A stretch of DNA of 64,000 nucleotides from a virus (taxonomy: Duplodnaviria; Caudoviricetes), in IMG/VR virus record IMGVR_UViG_3300031760_000001, positions 160,001-224,000 of that record; one strand, given 5' to 3'. Within the stretch, counting starts at the first letter, position 1; each line of letters starts with the position of its first letter. Both the position numbers and the translations under genes were made by a program. Positions 1-9,308 of the stretch are shown here, in pieces. The notes below the pieces were generated by a model. That model saw nothing but the letters and a program-made list of their open reading frames with translations, ran no database searches and was not told the origin of the DNA.

Positions 1-819
1 ACTTCCGCCAAGCAAACCGCCGTTTACCAGCAAATCATCACATTCTTCCTGACTTTTGTTTGATGTGTCATAGTAAGTATACCAACAATATGCAGGATGT
101 CTGCGACCGAATCCACCCATTTTTTCAAACCTGCCACCAGGGACAGACTCAAGATGAATCAAGTGTGTTCCGTCAGGTCCTGCCGTTACCTTGTAAACCA
201 AGTCACAGCCAAGGAATTTATTTTTTTCCTTCATATCAGCCGAAACCAAGGCAACATCATAAAGAGGCATTGCATACAATCCACCGAAACCAGCACCAGC
301 CATACCAGCGAAAGCAGCACCACCACCCAAACCAAGTTGACCGATTACACTTCCGCCAAAGCCAGCTGTAATACCACCGTAATTGGCAAATAATGCGGGG
401 TCAGTTGTCGGGTTTGTAACATAAAGGACTTTGTTGATTTCCCTACCAGCTGGAATTACATAAACCTGTCTGCCTGGTTCAATTTCAAAAAAATCTTTTT
501 TCAACTCCCAAGGACCACGTTGCTGCAGACCAACTTCTTTTGAAAAATAATATGAAAACTCCTTTGACATATCTAGGGTTCTGACAGATAAAGCCCAAGC
601 CCAGTCAGCGTTTGTCATTGAACTTAACCCTGTTTTACCATATAACGATGCCCAGTTGCTCTCGATAATGAAGTTCTGAATCTTTTCAGAATAGTTTCTC
701 TGTGCAATTTCTAGTAAACTGCACAACATTTCATCAGTAAGTTCAACTTTACGGATTGGGGCACCCAATTTATGTCTCACTAATTCAAATAATTCTTTTT
801 TTTCGTTGTCGATTATCAT
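1..819 (-). CDS. T4 gp13-like neck protein (runs off the left edge of the window)
   Basis: Not in the ORF track because no stop lies in the window. ATG at 819 gives MIIDNEKKELFELVRHKLGAPIRKVELTDEMLCSLLEIA, matching the gp13 N-terminal LGAPxxxVELT motif. The frame was open in the segments I translated (both ends). Confidence 0.8.
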   Translation of the reverse strand, partial: MIIDNEKKELFELVRHKLGAPIRKVELTDEMLCSLLEIAQRNYSEKIQNFIIESNWASLYGKTGLSSMTNADWAWALSVRTLDMSKEFSYYFSKEVGLQQRGPWELKKDFFEIEPGRQVYVIPAGREINKVLYVTNPTTDPALFANYGGITAGFGGSVIGQLGLGGGAAFAGMAGAGFGGLYAMPLYDVALVSADMKEKNKFLGCDLVYKVTAGPDGTHLIHLESVPGGRFEKMGGFGRRHPAYCWYTYYDTSNKSQEECDDLLVNGGLLGGS

Positions 820-843
820 AATCTTCGTGCAATTTATTATAAT

Positions 844-851
844 TATAAATA
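844..851 (-). promoter_or_regulatory. TATTTATA putative late-promoter element (gp13-like gene)
   Basis: 24 nt upstream of the ATG at 819; one of about 18 exact coding-strand copies. Confidence 0.6.
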
Positions 852-891
852 TTTATTGTTATAATAATTTAATGTATTATATTTATATAAT

Positions 892-1296
892 ATGGCACAG
901 TATTTTTCTATAAATAGAGGCTCCGAACTACCGAAATTGCGTGTAGAACTTATTCAGGACGGTAAAACCGACTTCCGTAAATTCTATCTTGCAATTCAGG
1001 CAGCTGACTCTGTATCCTTTACTATGACAAACCTTGAAACTGGTATCAAAAAGATTGCCAAGGCACCAGCTGAGGTTGTCTATGATGAAAATTCTGGTTG
1101 TGAGGAAAGGTATCTTCTCCAATACACTTGGAAAAAGAGGGATACAAATGAAAGTGGTACCTTTATAGGTCATTTCCATATCAATTTCAATGACCAGGTT
1201 GTCGCTGACGGTATGGTTTTCCCAAAGGGTGAATTGATTGTGCCGATTGAAGAAGATATTGTAATAATCGTGAAAGACTCTTGTATAAAAAAATGA
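892..1296 (+). CDS. Small virion protein, BppU N-terminal/Ig-like domain
   Basis: Pattern FSINRGSELPKLRVEL...LQYTWKKRDTNESGTFIGHFHINF...VFP resembles BppU_N-type domains. Confidence 0.5.
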   Translation: MAQYFSINRGSELPKLRVELIQDGKTDFRKFYLAIQAADSVSFTMTNLETGIKKIAKAPAEVVYDENSGCEERYLLQYTWKKRDTNESGTFIGHFHINFNDQVVADGMVFPKGELIVPIEEDIVIIVKDSCIKK

Positions 1297-3623
1297 ACAT
1301 AAATGAGGTTATAAATAAAATTGTTAGAAAGTTGTTAAACGAAACATATTTTAACACCGATTCTGTATCAGGACCGTATAAAGCTAACCGTACTATACAG
1401 TTGTTACATGACTATATAAATTCATTTCCACCACGTACAAGCAATTTTGTCATACCATATGTAAATTTAAATCCTAAACAGAAAAATATTTTAGCTTTAA
1501 TTGCTGAATGTAATGGAACTACACTTCAAAAAGTTCTTGATACTGTATATTACAGATATGCAAAAGTTAAAACAACAAAAGACATTGCCATTGTTCCAGA
1601 TGATTTTCTAGGTGAATTCTTAACAGCTGACACAAGGGAAAATGTTTATGTGACACAAGGCGAAAGAGACTCAGAAGCACAATTTGGTATGGCTTTAGTT
1701 GTTGGCAAATATTTAAACGATTTCAGAAACAGAATTGATTATGTACATTTTATTAAATATCTTAGTAAAGCATTAATAAAGTCTTATATAACCTGTATTG
1801 AGTCGCAATTAAAAAACCGTGTTGACTCACCATTAAGAAGTGACTTGTTCTTACCTACTGCTGGTAATAGTGTGTCATATAATGATGCTTTTAAAAATCA
1901 AGAAGAAAATATTTTACAAACAATACTTAATGATAAAAATATACGTTTAAAACCACAGGAAAGAACTATATTGCAAGCCTTTATGGAAGTTTGTGGTTCT
2001 AGTTTAAGTCCTGAAAACCTGGAAGCTTTGGCTGATTACCATGATACCAGAATAGCTAAAGGCAGCGATGGCAAATACGCTAAAGAAACCCAAGTGATAT
2101 ACAAAGAAATATCTGAAAGAACTGGAGTACCTCCTATTACTGTTGCAAAAGTGTTAAGTGGTATAATTAGCCAACTTAAAAAAAGTAAATATTCTAATTA
2201 TAACTGGAATTCTAATTTAAACATAGTTTCACCAAATGCACAACAGCCAGAACAAATTACCAACAACGTTCCTACTACACAACCAAAACAGGCTACTAAT
2301 AGAGTACCTAATCCACAGCAGACTTTCACACAAAAAATAACAAAAGCTGCTCCAGTTCAACAGCAGCCAACACAAAAACTAAGACCTAAAAAGAAACCAA
2401 ATAATTATACTATTAGTGGTGCCACACCAACCGATAATTATACCACTATGACTGAATCGAATAATAAAATCCAAAATAAAAACAAAATGAGAAAAAAAAT
2501 ACAATTAACCGAAAGTGTATTGAAACAAATGATTATCCGTGCAATTAACGAATCATTATATGAAGTAGGTAAACCAGTAAGCGCTTGGGAAAGCATTAAA
2601 AATTGGGCTTTTGCTGTTAGAAATGGAGCAGACCCAATTCATTGTAAGGAATTTAATGATTTTTATAAAATAATTATTGAAAACCCTTATTGTGAAAACG
2701 CTGTAAAAATGGGGTTTGCTTATGAAAGTAAAAATCAGAGTACTGTTGGTGGTAATACAACACTGAATATTGATAAAATGTTTGCAGTAACACCAAAAAT
2801 CGCTAGCGATGTTCTTACTGATTTTCTTACTGGCGAGAACTGCGTGGTAACAGATTTTCATACGAAAGATGGTGAAACTGTTGCTACAAAACCAGACTCA
2901 TTCGTCGGTGATAATGTGATTAAATGTGCAAAAGCTGCATTAAATGGTGAGACAAGCGACTTTTTCAATGTTCTTTGCAAACAACTTAGAACTTACGGTG
3001 CCCACTATTGTAGAAAACATTATGGCGAATTGTCAATGCAATGGGGTCTGGGTGCACAACAAATCGGTGGTGATAAATCAAATGCACTTGAAGATGAAGA
3101 AGATAGTGATTACACGGAAGATTTCAATGAACCAGGAAAAGATATTGAAATAGACGCTGGCAACAAGGTTGAAAGAGACCCATATTCAGGCGAAGAAGTT
3201 GACGACTCAAACGTTGGTTTTGATAAAGCGGCTGATGTAACTTCAGTTAAAAATGACTATGACGCACGTATGGTCAGACAACTTAGAAAAATCATTAACG
3301 ACCCACAAACCACTTTAGCACCACAAGAGAAAAAGGTTTTAAAGGCTATAATCTATATCAAATCACATGGCGTTAGTGACGACAGACTTGAGAAAATGCA
3401 AGGTGCATCTGAAACCCAGCAAAGACTAATATTATACGACCAAGTGGGAGAAATGCTTGGAATGCCTGTTATTAATGTCCAAAGAAGTATTTCATCTGCT
3501 ATTAGTAAAGCTAGACAAAGTAAACTAGCTAAAATGAATAATGTTGATGAACAAAGAAAGCAAAAACTCAATCAACTTATCAATGAGGTAATCAGAAAAG
3601 TTATGAAAAAATATTTAGGATAA
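1293..3623 (+). CDS. Tagged polyprotein with two tandem sigma-factor-like (region 2 / region 4 HTH) units
   Basis: ATG at 1293 overlaps the upstream stop (ATGA). Two homologous halves end in LxPQExxIL...YxEIxExxGxPxxxVxxxxSxxISxxK sigma-r4-like helices. Tag motifs occur at the N-terminus, the middle and the C-terminus. Confidence 0.55.
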   Translation: MNINEVINKIVRKLLNETYFNTDSVSGPYKANRTIQLLHDYINSFPPRTSNFVIPYVNLNPKQKNILALIAECNGTTLQKVLDTVYYRYAKVKTTKDIAIVPDDFLGEFLTADTRENVYVTQGERDSEAQFGMALVVGKYLNDFRNRIDYVHFIKYLSKALIKSYITCIESQLKNRVDSPLRSDLFLPTAGNSVSYNDAFKNQEENILQTILNDKNIRLKPQERTILQAFMEVCGSSLSPENLEALADYHDTRIAKGSDGKYAKETQVIYKEISERTGVPPITVAKVLSGIISQLKKSKYSNYNWNSNLNIVSPNAQQPEQITNNVPTTQPKQATNRVPNPQQTFTQKITKAAPVQQQPTQKLRPKKKPNNYTISGATPTDNYTTMTESNNKIQNKNKMRKKIQLTESVLKQMIIRAINESLYEVGKPVSAWESIKNWAFAVRNGADPIHCKEFNDFYKIIIENPYCENAVKMGFAYESKNQSTVGGNTTLNIDKMFAVTPKIASDVLTDFLTGENCVVTDFHTKDGETVATKPDSFVGDNVIKCAKAALNGETSDFFNVLCKQLRTYGAHYCRKHYGELSMQWGLGAQQIGGDKSNALEDEEDSDYTEDFNEPGKDIEIDAGNKVERDPYSGEEVDDSNVGFDKAADVTSVKNDYDARMVRQLRKIINDPQTTLAPQEKKVLKAIIYIKSHGVSDDRLEKMQGASETQQRLILYDQVGEMLGMPVINVQRSISSAISKARQSKLAKMNNVDEQRKQKLNQLINEVIRKVMKKYLG

Positions 3624-3648
3624 AACCTTGAAATATAAAACAACAATT

Positions 3649-3678
3649 AAACGGGACTTTTTTAGTTCCGTTTTTTTT
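3649..3678 (+). terminator. Rho-independent terminator
   Basis: aaacgggact-ttttt-agttccgttt hairpin followed by a T tract, downstream of the 1293-3623 gene. Confidence 0.75.
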
Positions 3679-3782
3679 ATCCATTTCAATAAAATTTGTA
3701 TATTTATAATTAAGAAATTCATATATGATGTCTATTCAATAGACTTAACTATATGTTATAATTAATTAAAATATAACTTATT

Positions 3783-6700
3783 ATGTCAGAATTAAAAAGA
3801 GCTAAAAAAGCCTCTAACGAGGAGGTTGATGCCTTTTTGAAAGGCTCAGACCCACAGGAACATATCATTAAAATCGAGTGTGGGTACGACGATTCCAAAG
3901 CCACGGTTATATGGCGTGACGAAAATTTCCAAAAACATTATTCTTTACAAAATTTTTATCCTTTCTGTTGGGCAAAACAGGAGGCTGGCAGACTTATGTT
4001 CGGTGGTGACCGAACCAAACTGAAACTGGAAATGGTTAACAGGGGTATAAGCTGCAAGGGTCTGACTGTTGCTAATGAAAACGGCGAAGTTCCTGAACGA
4101 ATGGCAAACGGATACCGTGTCCTGTTTTATGCAACAAGACCGATGTCCAATAAGGAGTTCAGTAAGTTTTTCGATGATGCAAAAGTTCCTCTCAAACCGA
4201 AAGAGCGTGACAAAACTTACGGTAAAAATTTATATAAAACCTGTGCGCCTAATGAACAGTTTATGATTGCAACAGGCAAACGTTTGTTCAAAGGATATGA
4301 GTCATATGATGATTTGCTGCGTATGCAATTCGATATTGAGACCACTGGTCTTGATAAAAAACACGATTTGATTGACCAGATTGGTGTCCGCACAAACAAG
4401 GGTTTTGAAAAAATTATACAGGTTGATGGTGACACTGTTGATGAAAAACTTGAAAACGGTAGAAAAGCCATTAACGAAATGTTTGATGATATTGACGAGA
4501 TTGACCCAGATGTTATAGCTGGATATAACAGTGAGGATTTCGATTTCGAGTTTTACGATGTCTTCCTAAGAGAACATTTTGGTGTGGAAATGGTAGATGA
4601 AACCAAACGCAGGACGCTTAAAAACGGTTGCTATAAAAAGAAACAACAATCTGTCCTTAAACTTGGTGGTGAAATGGAATATTATTATCCAACCGTTATC
4701 TGGGGTAAACATATTACTGACTGTCTATTTTCAGTTAGACGTGCACAAGCGCTTGACTCAAATATGAAAAAGGCTACCCTTAAATATGTGACCAAGTATT
4801 CAAAAATCAATAAGAAAAACCGTGTATACGTACCTGGTAAGATAATTACAGAGACATGGAATATTACAGAACCAGTATTTGCTTTTAATAATAATAACGG
4901 CGATTGGTATCGTGTAACAGAAAATCACCCACTGAAAGATGGATATGAAATGCAAACTGGTCGTTATATTGTGCAACGTTATTTGCTTGATGATATCTGG
5001 GAAACTGACAAGGTTGAATTACGTTACAATGAATCTAACTTCCTTGTGGGTAAAATGCTTCCAGTCAATTTTGAGCGTATGTGTACAATGGGTACCGCCA
5101 CTATCTGGAAGTATATTATGATGGCTTGGTCTTATGAACATGATTTGGCAATTCCATTAGAGACCAGTTCACGCTCATTCACTGGCGGTCTTTCGCGTTT
5201 GTTGACTGTCGGTTATATTCCAAACGTACAGAAACTTGACTATAACTCACTTTATCCGTCAATTATTCTTTCATTTGGTATTAAGTCGCCTATTGACATT
5301 TCTGGTGCTATGCCAGCTATGTTGGAATATATTCTTACCCAACGTGAGTATTTCAAGGGTTTGAAGGGTGATTACGGTAAACAGGCTAAGAAATATGGTA
5401 AACAATATGATGAAGAAGTTGAACAGCTTCGTCAGATTGAGGAATATATGGGGTTGGATGATAATGCCTTTGCTGTTGCAATTGCAAACAATGACCATTT
5501 AAGATTACTTAAAGAAAAACAGGAAGAAGCTTCAGCCCTTTCAACCAGGAATGACAAAATGCAGTTGCCTCTTAAGATTACTGGTAACGCTTATTTCGGT
5601 TCATTCGGTTCTGGTGGTGGCGTGTTTCCATGGTCTGATATTGACTGTGCTGAGGAAACCACTTGCTGTGGTCGTCAAATGCTTAGACTTATGTTGAAGT
5701 GGTTCACTGATTTAGGTTATCAGGGTATTGTTTGTGATACGGATGGTATGAACTTCAAACAACCTCCACAATTCAGATATACAGAGGAAAATCCGTATAT
5801 ATCCCCAGGTCTTAACCGTAATACCAAGAAAGGCGAGAAATATGTTGGTCCTTGGGCTGATTTGGCTGAGTTTAATGACTTGTTCATGCGTGTTAAGAAC
5901 GGTCTTGACATTGATGAGTTTGTTCCGTCATCCTGTTACTTGGCACGTAAAAATTATATGGACTTGCTTGATGTTGAAAAACAGACGGTGAAATTGGTTG
6001 GTAATACAATCAAGTCAAAGAAAATGCCAATCTATATTGAGAAATTCGTTGATGATGTTGTACGTGACCTTTTGAACGACCGTGGATATGAATATTTGGA
6101 AAAATATTATAATAAGATTGAAGAAATTTACAATCTGCGTATTCCTTTGAAGGACATTGCCACTGTTGGTAAAATCAAAACCAGTATCGAGGATTATAAA
6201 AAGAACTGTAACGAAAGAACTAAATCTGGCTCCAAGAAAGCTAGACAGGCTTGGTACGAGTTGGCAATCAAACACGGTCTTGATGTTCATATGGGTGATT
6301 CCATCTATTATATCAACACTGGTACCAAGAAGGGTGATTCAGATGTGAAACGTGTGACACATTATTATGAAATGATTAACGGAGTTAAAACCGATGTCAC
6401 CAAAAAATATGAAAAAGAGTGGAACGCACTTAAAAAACAGACTAAACTTGGTGATGCTGAAGCTCGTGCAAAGGTGTGGGATGAAACGGGTTCAAAACCC
6501 AAAGCGTTGAACCTTGAAAATTTCATCAAACGAAATTATCCAGATGTTTGGGATGAGGACGAAATTATCTTCAACTGTGTAATGCTTCCAAACAGTGTTG
6601 TTGAGGATGAAGAGGACCATTTCTGTGACGATGATTTTGAATACAATGTTGCAAAATACATTGAAATGTTCAACAACCGAATCAAACCGCACCTCGTCTG

Positions 6701-7292
6701 TTTTGACAAGAAAATCCGAATGAAACAGGTGGTGAACAAAAAAGGTGAACTTGTCGAGGAAAACAATATTATCATCACAAACCCGAAAGACAGGAAACAG
6801 TTTACCAGAGAGGAAACCAAACTTGTTTCAGGCCAACCATACAAGGAATCAGACCAGGATACATATGAACAGCTTATGACAATGGAAGACAAGGAAATTC
6901 GTTTCTGGATTTCCGTTGACAAGGAACCAGTCTACTGGCGTGAATGTGGTATGGATTGGGAACAAATCAAGAAGGAATACCTTGAACGCATGGAAATGCT
7001 TAAACGCGACGGCATCAGGGAAGAGGTTGAAGAATATGAGAAAATCATCAAGGGTGTTTCAGAATCGGATATTGACGCTTTGATTGTGGATGGAGTCATT
7101 CCTGAGGGTATTCTTGAATTCTGTGATTTCGATGCCGCCACTGGTGCATTTGTGTCAAAGAAATGGAATATAAAAATCGGAAGTATTTACGATATGCTTG
7201 ATGAAAATTTTGGTACTGAAACCGATGATGATGAGGAAGATTTGCAGAAAATATTCAATATGAAACCAATGGATGTTGAAATGTTGCAATAA
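3783..7292 (+). CDS. polB: Family B DNA polymerase with 3'-5' exonuclease domain
   Basis: ExoI FDIETTG, ExoII GYNSEDFD, ExoIII YLLDD, motif A LDYNSLYPSII, motif B KITGNAYFG, motif C CDTDG. Confidence 0.95.
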   Translation: MSELKRAKKASNEEVDAFLKGSDPQEHIIKIECGYDDSKATVIWRDENFQKHYSLQNFYPFCWAKQEAGRLMFGGDRTKLKLEMVNRGISCKGLTVANENGEVPERMANGYRVLFYATRPMSNKEFSKFFDDAKVPLKPKERDKTYGKNLYKTCAPNEQFMIATGKRLFKGYESYDDLLRMQFDIETTGLDKKHDLIDQIGVRTNKGFEKIIQVDGDTVDEKLENGRKAINEMFDDIDEIDPDVIAGYNSEDFDFEFYDVFLREHFGVEMVDETKRRTLKNGCYKKKQQSVLKLGGEMEYYYPTVIWGKHITDCLFSVRRAQALDSNMKKATLKYVTKYSKINKKNRVYVPGKIITETWNITEPVFAFNNNNGDWYRVTENHPLKDGYEMQTGRYIVQRYLLDDIWETDKVELRYNESNFLVGKMLPVNFERMCTMGTATIWKYIMMAWSYEHDLAIPLETSSRSFTGGLSRLLTVGYIPNVQKLDYNSLYPSIILSFGIKSPIDISGAMPAMLEYILTQREYFKGLKGDYGKQAKKYGKQYDEEVEQLRQIEEYMGLDDNAFAVAIANNDHLRLLKEKQEEASALSTRNDKMQLPLKITGNAYFGSFGSGGGVFPWSDIDCAEETTCCGRQMLRLMLKWFTDLGYQGIVCDTDGMNFKQPPQFRYTEENPYISPGLNRNTKKGEKYVGPWADLAEFNDLFMRVKNGLDIDEFVPSSCYLARKNYMDLLDVEKQTVKLVGNTIKSKKMPIYIEKFVDDVVRDLLNDRGYEYLEKYYNKIEEIYNLRIPLKDIATVGKIKTSIEDYKKNCNERTKSGSKKARQAWYELAIKHGLDVHMGDSIYYINTGTKKGDSDVKRVTHYYEMINGVKTDVTKKYEKEWNALKKQTKLGDAEARAKVWDETGSKPKALNLENFIKRNYPDVWDEDEIIFNCVMLPNSVVEDEEDHFCDDDFEYNVAKYIEMFNNRIKPHLVCFDKKIRMKQVVNKKGELVEENNIIITNPKDRKQFTREETKLVSGQPYKESDQDTYEQLMTMEDKEIRFWISVDKEPVYWRECGMDWEQIKKEYLERMEMLKRDGIREEVEEYEKIIKGVSESDIDALIVDGVIPEGILEFCDFDAATGAFVSKKWNIKIGSIYDMLDENFGTETDDDEEDLQKIFNMKPMDVEMLQ

Positions 7293-7293
7293 G

Positions 7294-7324
7294 AAAAAGG
7301 AGGCTAATAAAAGCCTCCTTTTTT
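7294..7324. terminator. Bidirectional terminator between convergent genes
   Basis: aaaaaggaggct-aataaa-agcctcctttttt. Confidence 0.85.
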
Positions 7325-7349
7325 GTTTTAATATTTGCTAAGTAAATTA

Positions 7350-8084
7350 TTAGTTATTTGGTACAGGCTGTTTACCTGCAATGCCTTCACGTTCGTCGCT
7401 TTCAGGAACAACCGTGTAAACAGGAACTGTTCTTAGAGTACCGTTGTCTGGCGATGACATGTCTTTAACCATGTAGGTGTATTCACCATCCAATACTGAC
7501 TTATATCCTTTACACACAAAATTGGTGTCGTTGCCTTCAGCATAGTTGTCAGCTGGGTCGAAACCTACGAATGTACCACCAGTCACATAGATATGTGCGG
7601 TTCCAGCTGTTCTGTTGGCATCATACAGATTTAAAAGGAAGTTTCTACCGTAAGGGTATTTCTCAGCTTCCTTTTCTGACTGTGTTCTCTGGTTAGGGTC
7701 AGGCTGGCCAAAAAACCAACCGCCGTTGATAATGCAATCACCTTTACAAACATAGACAACACTTGATGGGGCCGTGTAATTGCCACCGTTGATAGTCAAT
7801 TTACCAGTGATGCCTTCACCAGCAACTCTTTCAATTGTGCCGTCTTCGTGTATAATATGATTTTTCATATCACCGACAGTGATAGCCTGTGAATAATTGT
7901 CATGTGAATTGAACTGGTCTTTAGTGATATTTGAATAAGTATCAACACCGCCAGTAGTACCGTTGAAAACAGCTATTGATTCAACACCAACCAAAGCCCA
8001 AGGATATGAATTCAAAATACTGTTGGTTGACCAAACTTTATCTCCGAAATTAATTGTTACGTTGTTTTTTAAAATGTTTGCCAT
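7350..8084 (-). CDS. Putative fibre-associated beta-helix protein
   Basis: Repeated LTINGGNY / CIINGGWF / IYVTGGTFVGFDPA beta-helix-type motifs; last gene of the fibre cluster. Confidence 0.5.
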   Translation of the reverse strand: MANILKNNVTINFGDKVWSTNSILNSYPWALVGVESIAVFNGTTGGVDTYSNITKDQFNSHDNYSQAITVGDMKNHIIHEDGTIERVAGEGITGKLTINGGNYTAPSSVVYVCKGDCIINGGWFFGQPDPNQRTQSEKEAEKYPYGRNFLLNLYDANRTAGTAHIYVTGGTFVGFDPADNYAEGNDTNFVCKGYKSVLDGEYTYMVKDMSSPDNGTLRTVPVYTVVPESDEREGIAGKQPVPNN

Positions 8085-8101
8085 ATCTTGTTCCTCCAGT
8101 A

Positions 8102-9202
8102 TTAGTTGTTATTAGTAATAATTAATGAATCAGGTACATTTGAATTGTTACCGATAGTTACATTGTCACCCTGGTTGTTGACATTGTCAGCAACTGATTG
8201 TGAACTGACCTCGTAAGAAACCCAGGTAAGTCTCTCTTCAATGTACTTCTGGACATCAGCAACCGTGGCAATACCGTCAACAAATGCGGTTGAAGTCTCA
8301 TCCATGACATTGCCGTGGCCAGTCTTGAACGTACCGTATTTGACACCGATTGTGACATCAGCATCCTCACGTGTGGCTTCAACAAACTGGTTGTCTTTGT
8401 TTTCTTTGACTTCAACTTTAGCAACCAAATTCTCAATTGGGGCGGTTTGTTTCAGATTCTGATAATCTTCAGTGTATTGAATTCTTTCAGGGTCATCTTC
8501 TGGCTTTGTTAAATCTTCTGTTGCATAGACAACTTTATCTGGTTCTTCCTCACCATTAGTGTATTCAATAGAAGTTATTTCACCAGTCTCTGGGTCTTTT
8601 GTGATAACTTTCTCTGTATGGATTGTTTCCACCTTCGTCGGGTCACCAGTCTCTGGGTCTCTTTCAGTAACATGCTCGATTGTATATGCACCGTTAAGAA
8701 GAACATCCTGGATTTCTTTGATGGTATCAAGGGTTTTTTCAAGTTCCTCTGGGTCAATGGTACCAAGGATTTCCTCTTTAACTTTTTGAACAGTTCTTAC
8801 GGTAGCAAGTGGGTTGATAACACCATTGTCACTGTAAACACCATCGATTTTAACTACGAAATTGTTGTCACCTTTGTAAATCTTACCATCATTCTCTCCT
8901 GCATTACCTTTACCTTGACCGATATTGGCAATCAAAAGTTCTGATGTCTCATTTTCTGTGTCAACAGTGATTTCTGCCTGTGCATATTCAGCAACGCGCA
9001 TAGCCTCACGGAATTGTTCAAGCGTTGACACGCGATTAAGCAATTCTTGTAAGCCAGCATCCGAAAAACCGAAGGTTTGACCGTCGACATAAATCTCCTG
9101 ACATGCACCATTAAATACAACTAGGCCAGGGGTTTCGATTGACATCTGACAACCAATTTCATGTGTAAACTGACCGTACTTAAATTGAATTTTTGTAGCC
9201 AT
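8102..9202 (-). CDS. Putative tail/head fibre protein
   Basis: N-terminal anchor-like module (PGLVVFNGACQEIYVDG) and LDTIKEIQD fibre motif; shares modules with the 9309-11867 protein. Confidence 0.55.
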   Translation of the reverse strand: MATKIQFKYGQFTHEIGCQMSIETPGLVVFNGACQEIYVDGQTFGFSDAGLQELLNRVSTLEQFREAMRVAEYAQAEITVDTENETSELLIANIGQGKGNAGENDGKIYKGDNNFVVKIDGVYSDNGVINPLATVRTVQKVKEEILGTIDPEELEKTLDTIKEIQDVLLNGAYTIEHVTERDPETGDPTKVETIHTEKVITKDPETGEITSIEYTNGEEEPDKVVYATEDLTKPEDDPERIQYTEDYQNLKQTAPIENLVAKVEVKENKDNQFVEATREDADVTIGVKYGTFKTGHGNVMDETSTAFVDGIATVADVQKYIEERLTWVSYEVSSQSVADNVNNQGDNVTIGNNSNVPDSLIITNNN

Positions 9203-9260
9203 GAATTATGATTTGTTTTAAATATTATTATCTGTTTGTTTATTTTATTTGGTGGGGGAT

Positions 9261-9290
9261 GAATCCCGTGATTTTACTCACGGGATTTCC
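9261..9290. terminator. Intergenic hairpin (terminator or RNA-processing/stability element)
   Basis: aatcccgtga-ttttac-tcacgggatt inverted repeat between two co-oriented fibre genes. Confidence 0.55.
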
Positions 9291-9308
9291 TTTCCACTTG
9301 TTTATTTA

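Noticed and set aside
60-393. Plus-strand ORFs of 98-103 aa at the left edge
   Set aside because: They are antisense shadows of the gp13-like gene on the minus strand.
3783-7292. Intein or intron in the long DNA polymerase (also checked terL)
   Set aside because: No C...HN-[CST] splice motifs or LAGLIDADG blocks were seen, and the catalytic motifs are in one frame.
8084-8102. Programmed frameshift or readthrough joining the 366-aa and 244-aa genes
   Set aside because: There is no clear slippery site, and the downstream gene has its own ATG preceded by GGAGGA.
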